From Lophium mytilinum (lineage: Eukaryota), in NCBI GenBank assembly GCA_010093605.1, contig MU004187.1:372001-436000 (forward strand): a stretch of DNA of 64,000 nt. Direction: 5' to 3'. Position numbers and translations under genes: made by a program. The notes under the pieces are model-generated. The model did not search any database, was not told where the DNA came from, and was given only the letters and a program-made list of their open reading frames with translations. Positions 11,962 through 25,119 of the stretch are shown here, one piece after another (position 1 is the stretch's first letter; every line of letters begins with the position of its first letter).

Positions 11962-14900
11962 GGATATTTTGGGTAAAGGTGAAGAAGTAACGAGCGCCTG
12001 CGCGGAGTTTGGAATGAGGCATACTCAGGGGGATATTATTCGCTTTTATGTCTTCATCTCACGGTCCTAACCTACGACAGGCATAGACGTTCGAGACAGA
12101 TGTGCTGGTGTGCGCTGGCCTACAACGCAGTCCAATATGAAGATGATATGTCTAGAATGACACCTTCTCCCTTTAACATCATTATGATGCGGAGATGTGT
12201 TCACACATACGAATGAATAAATTGTCGTGGAGCGATATGATGGTGATTATTCATTTTTCGGGCGCAATCGGTCTGAATGACTAAGTTCAGTTTACTCCAC
12301 GCATTACTCTCGCCAACTCGTAACCGCTTGTTCCCAATCCCTTAGTCTGTCTAACTACAATCCTAGCATCATCTCTTCTACACATCATCAGTGAAATCGT
12401 TGGCCTAGGACCCCCCGTCACCCTCTCTATTCTCGTCATCTGCCAGCTTTCCCCCAGGTTTTCCGGCAGCTTTATCACCGACTAACACGCTCATGTTCTT
12501 CTCACATCTGACTGATCAACCTAGTCCGCCTTACAGAAGCCTCAGGTATAACACGACGCACAGACGTCTCGTCTCCGGCACGTGAGCGTCATGACAAGGG
12601 AGGTAGACTAACTAAGGGGGTCACGAATGTACAATTTTATATATGTAGTCGTAGGCACCCGTGCATAGCGCACCTGTATGCTAAAATTTGTCAGACTAAT
12701 TTCCAATGGGACGTGCGGAGGTTAAGAGGATCGCAGATGGTCGGTTAGTGGAAGGCTGGAGGAGTTTTTCCGAGATGTCAGTAGTATCGGATGCTCAGGT
12801 TGTCCTGGGGAAGGACATTGGCGGCTCACGTTTCTGAAGATGTTTTGGAGAAATCGAGAAAGGGACGAGCGGTCAGTATGCATTGGCTAGAGGGACAATA
12901 CTAGAGTACATTGAAGCTTTTGAGTTCGTTCTAAGTTGTGTAATGTTACTACGATCCTTAGGACTCCGTGGATCCCTCCAATTGCCACCTATTCTTCCTT
13001 CGAGAAAATGCGTTCTCGGACGGCTAACTGGGCAGTGGACAGGCAGAAAGGCTGAGTCTCTCACAGATTGGCCGAATCGTAGTGGGGAATCTTCCCCTTG
13101 AGGCCTCCGGAGGCTACGCTAGACATTTTTGAATAAGTTTCTTGAGAGAGATGTACCAAGATATCGTCCCCAGATTACCAAGGTCTGCCATGATCTCCCC
13201 AAGCAGTGGATTCTTCGCAATTCAGCCATTTGTAAATAGAGGGACCGTCAGATATCTGGGAGGCATCCTAGCTGCTCTAACTCGATCCGAAAGGCATTAG
13301 AGCCTACCGTGGGATCCATGTACCGTACTCTGCTGAGTTAAATCAATTCAATACGATCCAATACGCCGACACGGTATATCATTCATCTTGCCCGTATTCT
13401 CTCTCTCCTAGTCCCATCCTTGAGCTCCTCCGCCTTTCTCCTTGGTGATTACTCCGTTAAATAGTTCGTCGCTGTGGCCGAGAGGTCCAGGTAATGATCT
13501 TGGAACTTGTTGCCCAAGGTTGTCGCGCAATTGTTGGCCTTCAATGAGGGATGCCTATTTAGCGTCTGCTATCAGCAATCAACGGCAGAGCCAGCTTCGC
13601 GCGCCGGAACCCACGTTGAGCTGGTGTATATGCCGCCAGAGGCGTATGACCAGCGCGACAAGCACCACCCTCCACAGACCCCGGAGAAGCCTCCGCATCC
13701 TTTGTGATGCTCTGAATGTTCTTCGTGGTGTAGGGAAGGTGATTGCCTTCCAAAGTTGGGTTTGGTGGGCCGGCAGCGGCGACGGCGATTCCAGTGTTTC
13801 GCTAATGGGGAGGCATCATATCATAGCTGGCTTCTCAAGGCGGAAGACGTTCGGTACGATTGGTAGCTGGCTCGTCAAGGGGGTCGAAGAAGGGGGGATT
13901 CGAGATATGGATAGGTCTATGTGCGGTAGTGAGTGGTCTTTGCGGTAGAGGAGGTGAGCTAGCCGGGCGAGCTGGCAGATGTGGTGCGGAGTTTGCAGAA
14001 AAATGGCGTGAAGGCCGCCCACGGCGGAGTCGAGGGCTGCGAGGGCGGGGCCGAAGGAGAAAAGGAGTGGAATCATCGATCTGAATCTCGCTGTGATCCA
14101 GAAGGCTCGTGTTGTAGATCTGAGCGAGAACCTAGCTGATGTTGACGGGGAAGTGGATAAGGCGCGCTCTCGTGCTGCTGTGGAGAAAGGAGAGCACAAA
14201 AAGAACAGTTTGCCTACTACACGCCTCGAGGTCCTGCTTCATGATAGAATTCTTGCGTCTGGAGCATATGTGAGTGATTCTAGTTGATTGAGACCTGTCA
14301 TATCCGCAGAATGAGACGGTGCTGAGCCGCGGAAGCTGGATTGCCTTGAAAAAGGACAAAAAGAGATCGTGATACTCGCCACCACGGCGAATCGAACGTC
14401 GGCTCGGCCTACGCCCTCCCCCAAAACAAAACCACCAACAGCGACACCAAAAGGCAAAAAGGTTACCTCTCATGGTTACCACCTCAGGTTTCACCGACAG
14501 AAGGAGAGGTAGAGCCTTTACCAGTTACAGGTAGCGACCCCGTTAAGTCTGGCCGACAGTTGATTTTTGCGGCAGTGGTAATTGGAACCACCCTACCACT
14601 GAGCGAACCCTGCCTACCGTATGGCGGGGACTGTCAATTGGATACCGACAAAAATATTTCGAAATATAACCACTAAGAGAGATCTCACCTATGATATCTC
14701 ACATGTCCCCAGGCACAGCCGATGCCATCCTCCGAGCTGCCAATGCTGTCGCCGCCGTCTGCGAGATGGAGTTCCTTGATGCTGTCCGCGTCCAAAGGGG
14801 TGTTGGAGTCGGCCACGCCGCCCGTTCTGCGATGCTGAAGCCCGGGCCTCTCAACGCTTCCCATCACGCTCAACCGGAGTTCCACCGGCTCGATTTGTTG

Positions 14901-16281
14901 TTGGCTTTCTCAACAATGTCTTTCGCCTGCCTCTCGCGATGTTTTTTCTAGGTGTTTTCACATCTCACCCCTGGCCGACTTGGTGTCGCAGTCTTCCACA
15001 ACATCCTCCACCACAACAACCCACGTCTCAAAGCCTTCCGCCCCATCGCATCCACGGCAGATGGGCGAGGCGATAAATGAGCGAAGCAAGAACACAAGTG
15101 CGGACGCGGGCGGCGCCTTCTCACGATGCGATATCTTCCTTTTCTTGAAGTAACAGCAGCCGTACCTATTGTTGATCCCAATAGCTAACTCGTTCTTGTG
15201 TTCGCACATACAAATGCTGAGTTCGTCTCTGTCTGTCCAGCAAACTCTTTCTTTCTTCTTGAATATTATCCGGGGCGATAAAGCGGCGATGCAAGCCATC
15301 GGCGGGCAGCGACTTTGCGATAGATCCATCGAGACCTCAGCACCGGCGTGTCGCATCCATAGGATATTATACGGTTCTCTAGGGAAGTACCAGGGTATTG
15401 CAGCGGCCGAGGATTGAAGAGCATCGAAAAGAGGTCTCAACGAGATTCGAAATCCAATCGCGCAACTCTCCAGAGCCAACATGGCAGTGTGATCTTGTGC
15501 GACATCGCAGTGCCAACCCTCAGTCAGACCATACAGTCGTTAGAGCTGTATAGGAGACTGACAGTAGCTGGGGGGTGGTAGAGTGATGTAACTACAGGAA
15601 GACACAAGTTCATGCTGGCACAGAAGGCGAAAGGCCAGGGAAGCAGGCTCACAAATACAAGAGAGGTGAATGAATGGGAGTCCCACAATACCGGGGCTTC
15701 ATCTTAACGAAAGCCATCGAATCAAAGCCCCATGATTGAAAGAATCTGCTTTCGCACTCGCCAGCACCGATACGGCGTCGTAGTCTTTCGCAACATCCCA
15801 ACACATACCCACAAGATCCGCAAGCAAAGTATATCGGTAAGACATATATTGCAAGAGGAGACAGCAAGTAGGCGGTGCGCAGGGAGGTCACTGGAGGCAA
15901 TGGCACGGCATCAGGTCTGCGTCGAGGACTCAAAGCCGTGGGCCTGAGCTCCAAGATACCAGCAATGGGAATCAGAGAAATGTCCGAGAGCATGAAGCTC
16001 CAGAGGAAATCATCCTTCTAAGGAGATCAATAATCCAAAAGGTTGGGTATAAGAGATGATGGAAATAGTTCTTTTCTCGAGCAAGTGGAACCACAGGCAC
16101 AGTCAAAGAGAAAGATTCAAGTATAGTAGAAGATGCAAGTGGTCAAACCCTTTAGTACGCATGACCTACTTACACAGGCCACTTACAGGCCGGTTCAAAG
16201 CGATGATGATTCACCCAGAGCGCCAGCAATGCAAATACCCCATCTCTTAGCCCTCACTGCCACGTAGCTATGCACCCAACT

Positions 16282-16749
16282 CTACTCCTTAAGAAGGAAC
16301 TCCTCAATCTCAGCATCGCTCCCCTCAGCCTCATCTCTCAACCGCTGCTCCTCCCTCTCCAATGCCTCCCTGATATACTTCCTCTGCCTCAACCTCGCCT
16401 TTCGCCCGAAATCCATATCCGCACCCGTGTGTACCTCGTCCCCGCTATCATCCTCGTCACTTTCAACGCCCGGTATCTCGATCTTCGCGCCGCGCAGCTC
16501 GTTCGGGTTCATGAAGCCTGTATCCGCGCCGTCCTTCTCGTGTATCTGCATCTGTAATTTCGCGCCGAGTTTCATGATGTAGGGTCGAAGCAGGCAGTAG
16601 CCGCCGATGATGATGACGAGGCGGATGTAGTCTTTCAGGCGCAGGCTGGCGAAGGCGGACGACGTGTTGCGCGTTAGGTTTCCGGACCAGGTGCGTAGGA
16701 GTGTGGGGATGTCGGGAGCGACGGTCGCAGAGGGAAACGGAGAGTCCAT
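16282..16749 (-). CDS. PGA2: PGA2-like trafficking protein (DUF1531)
   Basis: From MDSPFPS: DYIRLVIIIGGYCLLRPY (TM segment), FGRKARLRQRKYIR and C-terminal SDAEIEEFL. Confidence 0.8.
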   Translation of the reverse strand: MDSPFPSATVAPDIPTLLRTWSGNLTRNTSSAFASLRLKDYIRLVIIIGGYCLLRPYIMKLGAKLQMQIHEKDGADTGFMNPNELRGAKIEIPGVESDEDDSGDEVHTGADMDFGRKARLRQRKYIREALEREEQRLRDEAEGSDAEIEEFLLKE

Positions 16750-17663
16750 TTTGGAAGGTACGATATTGATTGTAAGTGTGATGAGCGGTGCAATCGGGGA
16801 TAGGTGTCCTCGAAGCTGTTGGTCGTAGATATACGGTCGCAACTGGGAATGGTTGTGTCCAAGTGGAAGGCCTACTGTGAGGCCTCTAATCGTTGAAAGG
16901 GTCACTGTGACCTTTTCACGTGTGTAAATGTAACGAGTGACTTGTTTTGGGGCGTAGGGTTGATGGGTGTGTTTTTGAGGTCGACAGAAGTGAAAGATGT
17001 TGGTAGCGGGAGATCCACTCCCGAGCACTAAGAAAACGTGCACGTGACGTGCATGCTGAGCTATATTGTCACTTGCATTTTTGGGAGTAATTATGTTTTC
17101 AAGGCTCTATATTTAGTCTAGCTAGGCTGGATGATGGAATCAGTCCATGGCGAAGTTTGCAATATTTGATTTGCTCAGTCTAATTTGTGGTCGTGCATGG
17201 GGGCCTATCGAATCATAAATTCTATAGCTTATGGTAGCGAAGTGTACTGTTCCTCGGCTCAAATGGTTATGCCCATGCCAAAATCGAGGCACTCCCCTTC
17301 GAGAGGTTTCTTAAATTGTTCAATCACTAGGAATGTTTCTCTGGGATCGAGGGGATAGAATACAGAATAAAGGCTGTGTCAAAGGTCCTCCAATCCTTGC
17401 GAACAACTTATTGAACTCGAAGCACGGCATGTTGCTTGCCTGAGCATGTCTTCCATGGTACAGGCCTCAATGAACCATATGATCAGGCAGCTCCGCTGGC
17501 ACTCTGATTCGGACACGTGTCTAAAGTGTTTGCAAATTCTCGACACTGCGCTTCTCTTACACCCGAACCACTACATGTAAGAGCTCTTCCATACTGTCCC
17601 GAACTAGAACAAACACCAGAACAAAACACAGAACACCTGAAACAGCACACCCAAAACTTGAAG

Positions 17664-18974
17664 ATGGTTACGTTCAAAACCCTTCCCCAGGAGATGCAAG
17701 ATAGCGTCGCCCGCCACTTATCTGAACTCGAGGACGTAAAGAACTTCCGCCTGGTAGAAAAGGCCTGTGCCTACACTGGAGGCCGATTCCTACCCATGAA
17801 ACGTATCTATCTTTCGCCCCATTCCCGAGATATTGCAGCTTTCCAGGAGCTCATCCTACACCAACTGTACCGAGAAAAGATCACCGAGCTTGTGTGGGAT
17901 GACACGATATATCCCACAGTAGCAGCGAGAGAACGCTTGCAGAACAAAGGGGATCAAGCAGATGCAAGTGTCCTTAGGGATGCTCTGTGCCAGAACCTCT
18001 TACCAAACCTACGCCGGGTTACTTTTCCGCATATCAGCTTCCGGGAAAAGGAGTCTAATGTTCTCTACAAATCCCCAGAAAGGCGGCACTGGCTCAAGCA
18101 GTCAGTGGTGTATAACGGGGTTCCGCTCTCAAATCAGGCATGGTTGTACAACCAAATAGATTCTGAAGAGTGTGAAATGCACCGCGGCCTTTACATTGTT
18201 CGTCGGTGTTTTGAGTGGACACGACAGATACCAGAACTCAACTTCCATCTCACCATCCTCTCAACACGAAAGCTCGAAGGCTGTTTTCCACGATCAGGTC
18301 TATTAGTACAAGCTAGGAATTTTCAAAACTTCGCTTACATAGCCAAAGGATTACGTGTGTTAAAGATAAAGCTCGGCAAGGAGGATGGGATTTGCGGCCG
18401 AGCGGGGGGAGCATTTCAGCTGCATTCTCTCGTGGACTATGCCAAAAGCGCACTAAGTGTCGAGGAGCTGGCCATTACTGACCCAATTTGCCTTGCCAAA
18501 TTGCCCCCGGAGCACCTGAAGAAAATGCACTTCGAGAACCTCCGCAAGCTGACCTTCATTGGTCTCTGCTTGCCATTGGATGCCACAGAACAATTCCTGG
18601 CCAAGCACAAACAGCCACTGCGCGAGGTGTACCTGGTGCAATGCACGACCCCTACTATGTCGACATCATGGCCAATTGCCAAAAAATTGTCGCTTTGGTA
18701 TTGTTTCTTCCAGGATCTTGCAAAGCTGGGACTGATGTATGATGAGCTCCTTGTGTGCTATGTCAACAATAGTGCAGAAAAGCCTGATGAGACGGATGTT
18801 CGAATGCTGAATACTCAGCTGGTGACCAAGACCAAGACAACAACGGATCCGGACACCGGACTAACTGTTTCTCTACGGAAAGTGGCCAGGGAAGTTCCTC
18901 CGCTCTGGGACCCGATGGCCGCGCTGCTTCTTCAAGCGAATATGCGCAGCTCTGAATTTTGGGGCAAACTTTAG
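17664..18974 (+). CDS. Hypothetical F-box-like / LRR-like protein
   Basis: Long single ORF. The likely start MVTFKTLPQEMQDSVARHL..VKNFRLV resembles a fungal F-box motif, and later LPNLRRVTF, FENLRKLTF and LREVYL are LRR-like. Confidence 0.65.
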   Translation: MVTFKTLPQEMQDSVARHLSELEDVKNFRLVEKACAYTGGRFLPMKRIYLSPHSRDIAAFQELILHQLYREKITELVWDDTIYPTVAARERLQNKGDQADASVLRDALCQNLLPNLRRVTFPHISFREKESNVLYKSPERRHWLKQSVVYNGVPLSNQAWLYNQIDSEECEMHRGLYIVRRCFEWTRQIPELNFHLTILSTRKLEGCFPRSGLLVQARNFQNFAYIAKGLRVLKIKLGKEDGICGRAGGAFQLHSLVDYAKSALSVEELAITDPICLAKLPPEHLKKMHFENLRKLTFIGLCLPLDATEQFLAKHKQPLREVYLVQCTTPTMSTSWPIAKKLSLWYCFFQDLAKLGLMYDELLVCYVNNSAEKPDETDVRMLNTQLVTKTKTTTDPDTGLTVSLRKVAREVPPLWDPMAALLLQANMRSSEFWGKL

Positions 18975-19792
18975 ACTTGATGAGCACGTCGGTATGGAGG
19001 CTTCAGAAGCACATGGGTAGGGAGTACATTGAGCTCCGAAGCTATTCAGAGCTTCATCCAATCTGGCCGACGATTCTGTTGTCTTTAATTAGGAATAGAG
19101 CAGTCGGAGTTTGCTGTAATCTTCTCGGTTCTTTTTTTCTATATAGTAGGAGGGTGTAGCATGAAATAATGCAATAATCCTAATCTTGCACATATCCATC
19201 AGAGCGGATACGAAGGAATGCGATAGAGGACTCTTGGGGGTGAGATGTGAGTGACAAAAGGATGAAATCACGTGCTTAGAACGTAGGATGCCATGCTCGC
19301 AGTCTTTCTAACAGACGCGTATCCCTTTCGTAGCTTTCTGAAAAGTACGGGAAGAGAAACTTTAGTACAAGAACTGCCCGGAGTTCAGCTATGAAGCTTT
19401 CCCATTGCCATTATGTTGATCAAGATGCAGGAGGAAAGACCTCCTAACCTCGTACTGTGTCCTTTTGCGAATGCATTAATAGATTGAAGTCCTTCGAGAT
19501 AGTACACAGGTCTAAGGGCTACGCAGTAATTGCAATGGTTCTGCACGCGTTGAAGGCATTGGACTTGTTGCTACGTGGTGTTAAGGCAATGGATGGGACT
19601 GAGGGGTGGTCCGAAAGAAATTACCCCGGATTCTCTCTGCCTAGCGCACTTCTACCACTTTCCACATCCCACTTCGTTCACCTATTTCTCCTCTCCCTCC
19701 CAGCCCGCTTCTTGTACGGCAAAGCGCTGTATTTTGGAAGCTGAAAAACTCACCTCACCACCACACCGACTGCCTACCCTCCCACCAATACC

Positions 19793-21029
19793 ATGGATCT
19801 CGCTGCACGAGGAAAAGCTGCTTTGGCAGACGGGAAATTCGAGGAAGCAATCAAGCTCTACACGTCCGCACTCGCCGTGAACTCAAACGCCGTCGACTAC
19901 TACATCCAGCGATCGACTGCCCAGCAGCGAACCAAACCGCCAAACTATGAAGCTGCACTCGCCGACGCTGAAGTTGCTGTGGTCCTCGCCCACAAGCGCG
20001 CCAAACGCGAGCTCATAAAGGACTCACAACTACGACGAGCTATAGCTCTGTTCTTCCTCGAGAGGTACGCCGACGCGGAATACGTCTTCGCTATTGTGAA
20101 GAAACTCGACGAGAAGGAGAAGACGCTGGCGATCTGGGAATCCAAGGTTAAAACCAAGATGGCAGCGCTTCCCGAAGACGACGAGCGTCGAACGGCTACT
20201 GTGAAGGATATCCCTTCTGCAGAGGTCCCGAAAGCTGTCGCTCAGAGCTCTACTGCTAGCAAAGTCGCAGAGACTCCTGCAGCTGCCCCGAAGCCTATCC
20301 AGCCAACGCCTGCAGACAAGATCAAGCATGACTGGTACCAGAACACGGAGAATGTCTACTTCACTTTGCTAGCCAAGGGCGTGCCCAAGGACAAAGCGAA
20401 TATCGAGATTGAGAGAGACTCTGTGAGTTGACATTGTTGCGTCAGCTTGACTCTAAGCTAATCCACTACAGCTTTCCATCTCGTTCCCTATCCAAGACTC
20501 GTCCTCCTTCGACTATACCCTTGACCCATTCTTCGGTCCCGTCGACCCAAAAGAGTCTACATTCAACATCACAGCCCACAAAATCGAGATCACCTTGAAA
20601 AAAGACACACCCGGGAAGTGGTCGTCTCTGGAGGGTAGCTACGCGCCTCCTGCTACGTCAGATGGGGAGAAGTCGGAGATCCCCACGCATATCTTGAGGC
20701 AGGAGAATGTGCCGTCGTACCCAACATCCTCGAAGTCAGGCCCCAAGGACTGGGACAAGGTAGCCAAAGAGCTCACTACCAAAAAGATGAAGAAAGAAGG
20801 CGAAGAGGATGCTGACGTTCCAGACGATGATCTGGATGCCGATGAAGGCGATGAAACGACTCGCTTCTTCCGCACGCTCTTCAAGGGCGCGGATCCAGAT
20901 GCTCAGCGTGCCATGATGAAGAGCTACTCCGAGAGCGGTGGTACCGTTCTGAGCACCGACTGGTCTGACGTCGGCAAGAAAACTATAGTGCCACAACCTC
21001 CAGATGGAATGGAAGCAAAGAAGATGTAG
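19793..21029 (+). CDS. SGT1: SGT1 co-chaperone (TPR-CS-SGS); intron 20423-20471
   Basis: N-terminal TPRs, CS domain KIKHDWYQNTENV, and SGS domain YPTSSKSGPKDWDK..RAMMKSYSESGGTVLSTDWSDV..PPDGME. Confidence 0.95.
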
Positions 21030-21681
21030 ATCTTCATCAGCTATACAGCTCGATCTACGGGTGGCATTTTAGCGTGGCGTTAAGGGCGGTAAGTCCCGGT
21101 CTGGATCTGATGCATTTCGGTGGTGTCTAGGAAAGTTTGCTATCCTTGTTCTCCTACTTCCAGGGGATGAGATGGGTTAGGTGGTCTTCTTACTTGGTAG
21201 GGCTCTAGACTTGATGGAACACATCAGCTAGAGTGTTAAGTAGCGGACTATGCTAATCAAATGCCTGCATTCACGTGGACATGTTTATAGTACCGGTAAA
21301 CGACAACTATCCATGAAGAAGAGCGTGATAGGAGCGTTAATCTGCAGCATTACTAACATTTCGTGGATTATGCATCAAAGGCGTCTTCATTTTGCCGAAG
21401 GCCGAAGCATGTCAAACTCGTTGCCACCTAGACCAACTAACCCAACGTCATCCGCCATTTTCACCTAAATAACCCCATATCCCTCATCTGCACCCCGCGT
21501 TTATAAGTACGTCAGGAACTTATATATATTAGCTTCAAGTTCCTCCAATAACCATTTCCTCTCCCTAGATTCCCACGAAGGGTAAATGCTCTTAGGGCTG
21601 CCGCATCTACGGGGCGCCTTATACACACTAGCAACTTTTCCAACAACCCACTTCTCAACTTCACCATCTCAAATACGCATC

Positions 21682-23195
21682 ATGGCAACTTCGTCCGTTG
21701 TTAAGCTCTCTGCCTCCCAGCATCCCGAGTTCTCTGTATCTGGGATTACTGCAGAGTCGGCGGAAGCGACATCGAAGCTGTTGCAAGAAAACCATGACCA
21801 CCATCATATCTTGTCTAGTCAATCCGGATTCCACGTACGTTATTTGCAAGCTCTTTGATGCTTTTAGCGTCATGTAGATTAGAGGACAGGCTCTAATCTG
21901 TACTCATCAGAACCACATCGCACATCACCTGCTCACACTGTTCGCTCTTGGCGCTTCACCATCAATCATCAAAAAGCAATATGATCGCAACAAGATTTAC
22001 CAGCGACCTCCAGGGGCGCTTGAAGACTCCGTAGTCGACGATATGCATGGTCCAGAACGCTTCAAGTCCTACTTGGGAGATGAGAAGTATTACCGTGACT
22101 TCCTAGTATATTTCGAGAAAGAGATTGAGCAGAAAGGCTGGGAGAACGTCCTCAACGAGTACGTGTTCGCAGGCGACGAACGTGCAGAAGACTTGCTCGT
22201 CCGGATGCACGGAGGTGTGTTCGATTTGAAAATCTCACTACGGTCTTCCGCTGAATATCTCTAGGCTTTCTCCATCCTATGATCCATCTCGGCTTCGGAG
22301 TGGAATTCCAACAACCAGCAATAATCGCGGAGGCACTCGCACAAGCAGCTGTTCACGATGATTGGATAGGCACGTTTCTCCTGCCCGCTGAACAGGCAGC
22401 GAAGAAAAATCATCAGTCGAAGTCGAAGTCTCTCGTTGAACTACTTGAGGAAATTCGCGCCGACAAGAAACTGAGCACCGCCGCAGACTGGGACGACGGG
22501 AATAAGATCCGAGACGGGCTGCTAAAGCGTGCACCAGAAGAGACGATCAAGTATGCCAGCCAATATATCGTACAAGAATCCGAGTTGAACGAGAAGGTTG
22601 CGGAGATGACAAATGCTGCCAGTGAGTGGCATCTCACTAACCTCCACACGTGCACCAGACTGACTGCGCCCTAGTCTACTACACCAGCAGCGCCCAGAAT
22701 CCGAAAAAGCTGATTAAGCTTGATTTTTACTATATGCACTGCGTCAACTCCTCTATCTTTTACTCGGTCTTCCTGAAGCAAGCCTGGCTTAGCAATGCAA
22801 ATAAGGTCCGAATTCTGGAATGGAAAGGTCGAATGGACTTGGCCATGTACGCATCGCGGCGGTCTCCGGATCTGCTCATCGATGAAGTCACCAGCTACAA
22901 GCCGAAAATTGCGATCAAAAACGCGTCTGATTCATGGGCTAACGTTTTTGAAAGAGTTAGAAATTATAGCGATGACGGACATTCGGCAAAGCTTGTGCGT
23001 GCGGTGGCTCACGGGCAAACGATCTCTGAGCCGTATGAGGCAACAGACAGTTTCAGAGTCAAACAGGATATGTGGTTGAATTTGGGCAATATGGTAATAG
23101 ATTCAGTGGAAGCGGGCGAGCCGCGTTGGGTGAGGTCGGCTGGATTTCCCCAAGCGTGGGATAATGTTCCTGACCGTCTTGGGGCACATTTGTAA
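21682..23195 (+). CDS. Questin oxidase / AflY(HypA)-like oxidoreductase family protein (DUF4243); introns 21835-21910, 22215-22264, 22622-22674
   Basis: Spliced motifs GFH-NHIAHHLLTLFALGA, GFLHPMIHLGFGVEFQQP..AEALAQAAVH, DFYYMHCVNSS, LEWKGRMDL and DDGHSAKLVRA. Confidence 0.88.
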
Positions 23196-23319
23196 TTGAA
23201 CCTGTAAGTCTTTGCAGGTCTGTGTAAATGTATTTCTCTTATCAATGCAGAAATTTTATTACATGCATCTCCAACGTAGGATTTTTGTTGTGCATCGGAT
23301 TACTTCCCGCAGTCAAAAA

Positions 23320-24544
23320 CTACCCAATATATTCAGGGTCCTGGTCCCATCCTTCTTGATATAGCGGATGCGAAGCTGTTGGCTTATCTATGATCGCATT
23401 CGGACGTTTATACGAACAGGTCTTCAGATGTCGACGACAACCTTCATGCAAGGAATGCATTCCGCACGCGCAAGGCGTATTTCCTCTCCCGTATATGATC
23501 TTACACTCCCAGCAAAAGTTGATACCACAGGGGCCTGTTGAGTCGTGCACGTTAGCACTATCCGGGTAGCCATGTCGGTCTGTTACAGTTCAGTCACTTA
23601 CATTTCATATTAATGCAGCCTCCATTCTTCTCAATCTGGTTGCTACACCCCTTCTTCGGGCATTTCTTCGTAATCTGCAAAATCCGTCGCTCGTTTGCCT
23701 CACTGTCGCCCTGTCGGGCTTTGTAGGCATCGCACGTCTCATCTGGATGCCCGGGGCCTTTACAAGCGAAGCAATTTAGCTGATTGCACTTTATACAACG
23801 CCATCCCGCTGCGGTTGGACCCGAGCACAGCTGGCCCCAAGTGCAGGACTCCTGGCCATCGTTGATCCGCCCACAACACCAGCGAAAATTAGGATCTTGT
23901 GAAAGAGCTCGATTCGTTACGAACTCGTTGTACTCGCGGAATGTGTCTGCCGGCGTGCTGGCTTGGATGTCTTTCCCGTCGAGCTCCTCTTCGCAATCGT
24001 TAGAGGGGCATTTGATGTACTCCCATCGCCCGCCGGAGATCTGGGCAACCAGCATTGCGGTTACGCAGTCTGAGCATACGTTTGGGTCGTGCGTGCATTT
24101 GGTACTAGGTGGTCTCGACGGTGCTTCGGAGAGAGGGTAGTCGACCATGCAGACCGGGCACTCAAACGTCCTGTATTCTTCAAGAAGCCCGAGATATTTC
24201 TCGTACACCGACGCTACGACTCGAGGTTTGACTACTTCTTCTTTCACAACTAAGAGTCTCCGGCAGCCTTCCTGAAAGCATGCCTGCTTCCGTGTTGAGA
24301 TATTCAGGACGAGGTCCTGGTCACATGATGGACAAGCACCGACGGCTTCGATGTTTAGTTGGTTGTTGTGTCCTGCTGGACATTCTGCGGCAATGATGGG
24401 GAAGTTTGAGCGGTAGGATGGATTGGGTGATGTATGAGTGGTGTCGCAACCTAGACATTGCCACGTGCCGGCCTTGGTGAGGACTTGGAAGGATAGATTG
24501 ACGTTGAAGCAGAGTTTCCAGTTTTCGAAATCTTCGTCTGCCAT
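23320..24544 (-). CDS. RBR (RING1-IBR-RING2) E3 ubiquitin ligase with extra N-terminal Cys/His-rich domain; intron 23601-23535
   Basis: RING1 is CPVC..C.H..VCSDC..IKCPSNDC. IBR is DPNFRWC..C..CIKC..CFACK..H..TC. RING2 is TKKCPKKGC..IEKNGGCINMKC-PCGINFCWEC. Confidence 0.9.
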
Positions 24545-25119
24545 CGTCTGTGGGTTAAGTTGAAGGATTCAGTGGAAGTCGGAGGAAGGAGAAGCGTTTG
24601 AAAAAAGTGATACAAGTTTGTGGAGCCGCGAGCAGACGAACTTCGAAATAGGATTGGCCGATCTGTAAGCTCTACTAATTTGCATAGGTAGTAAGGCTCT
24701 GAAACGACAGATATCCATTCTCCCAGACATCATTTATCGGCGCAGCACTCCAGCTGGAGGCGCCAGCTCAGCCTCGCGTCAACACTTCAACCTTGCATGA
24801 AGACGAACGCCACAATGACCCCACCTGAGCAGCTCTGGCCCATCTATCCGCCCAGAATGAAATGGAACATGCCTCGCTTCTTGGTACTTCTCAGCCTTGG
24901 TCAATTTGCCCTGACGAGCACGATGCGTGATCTAATAGGGCGTTCAGGGCTACGCATGTCTCAGCCTTCCTTCACGCGTCACTTCTCTCTTCTCTGAAAA
25001 AATGCTCGAGTTTTCTCTCGTCCCCCGATTTCTGCCTCGAAGCACACTATCAATTCAGTTTTCTACACATATACATTCGCTTCTAGTATCTCAAATTCAC
25101 CCATATCTACATCTTTATT

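Noticed and set aside
21682..23195. Questin-oxidase-like gene, MFS transporters and FMO as a secondary-metabolite cluster
   Set aside because: There is no PKS, NRPS, terpene synthase or pathway regulator in the window, and the genes are scattered among housekeeping loci.
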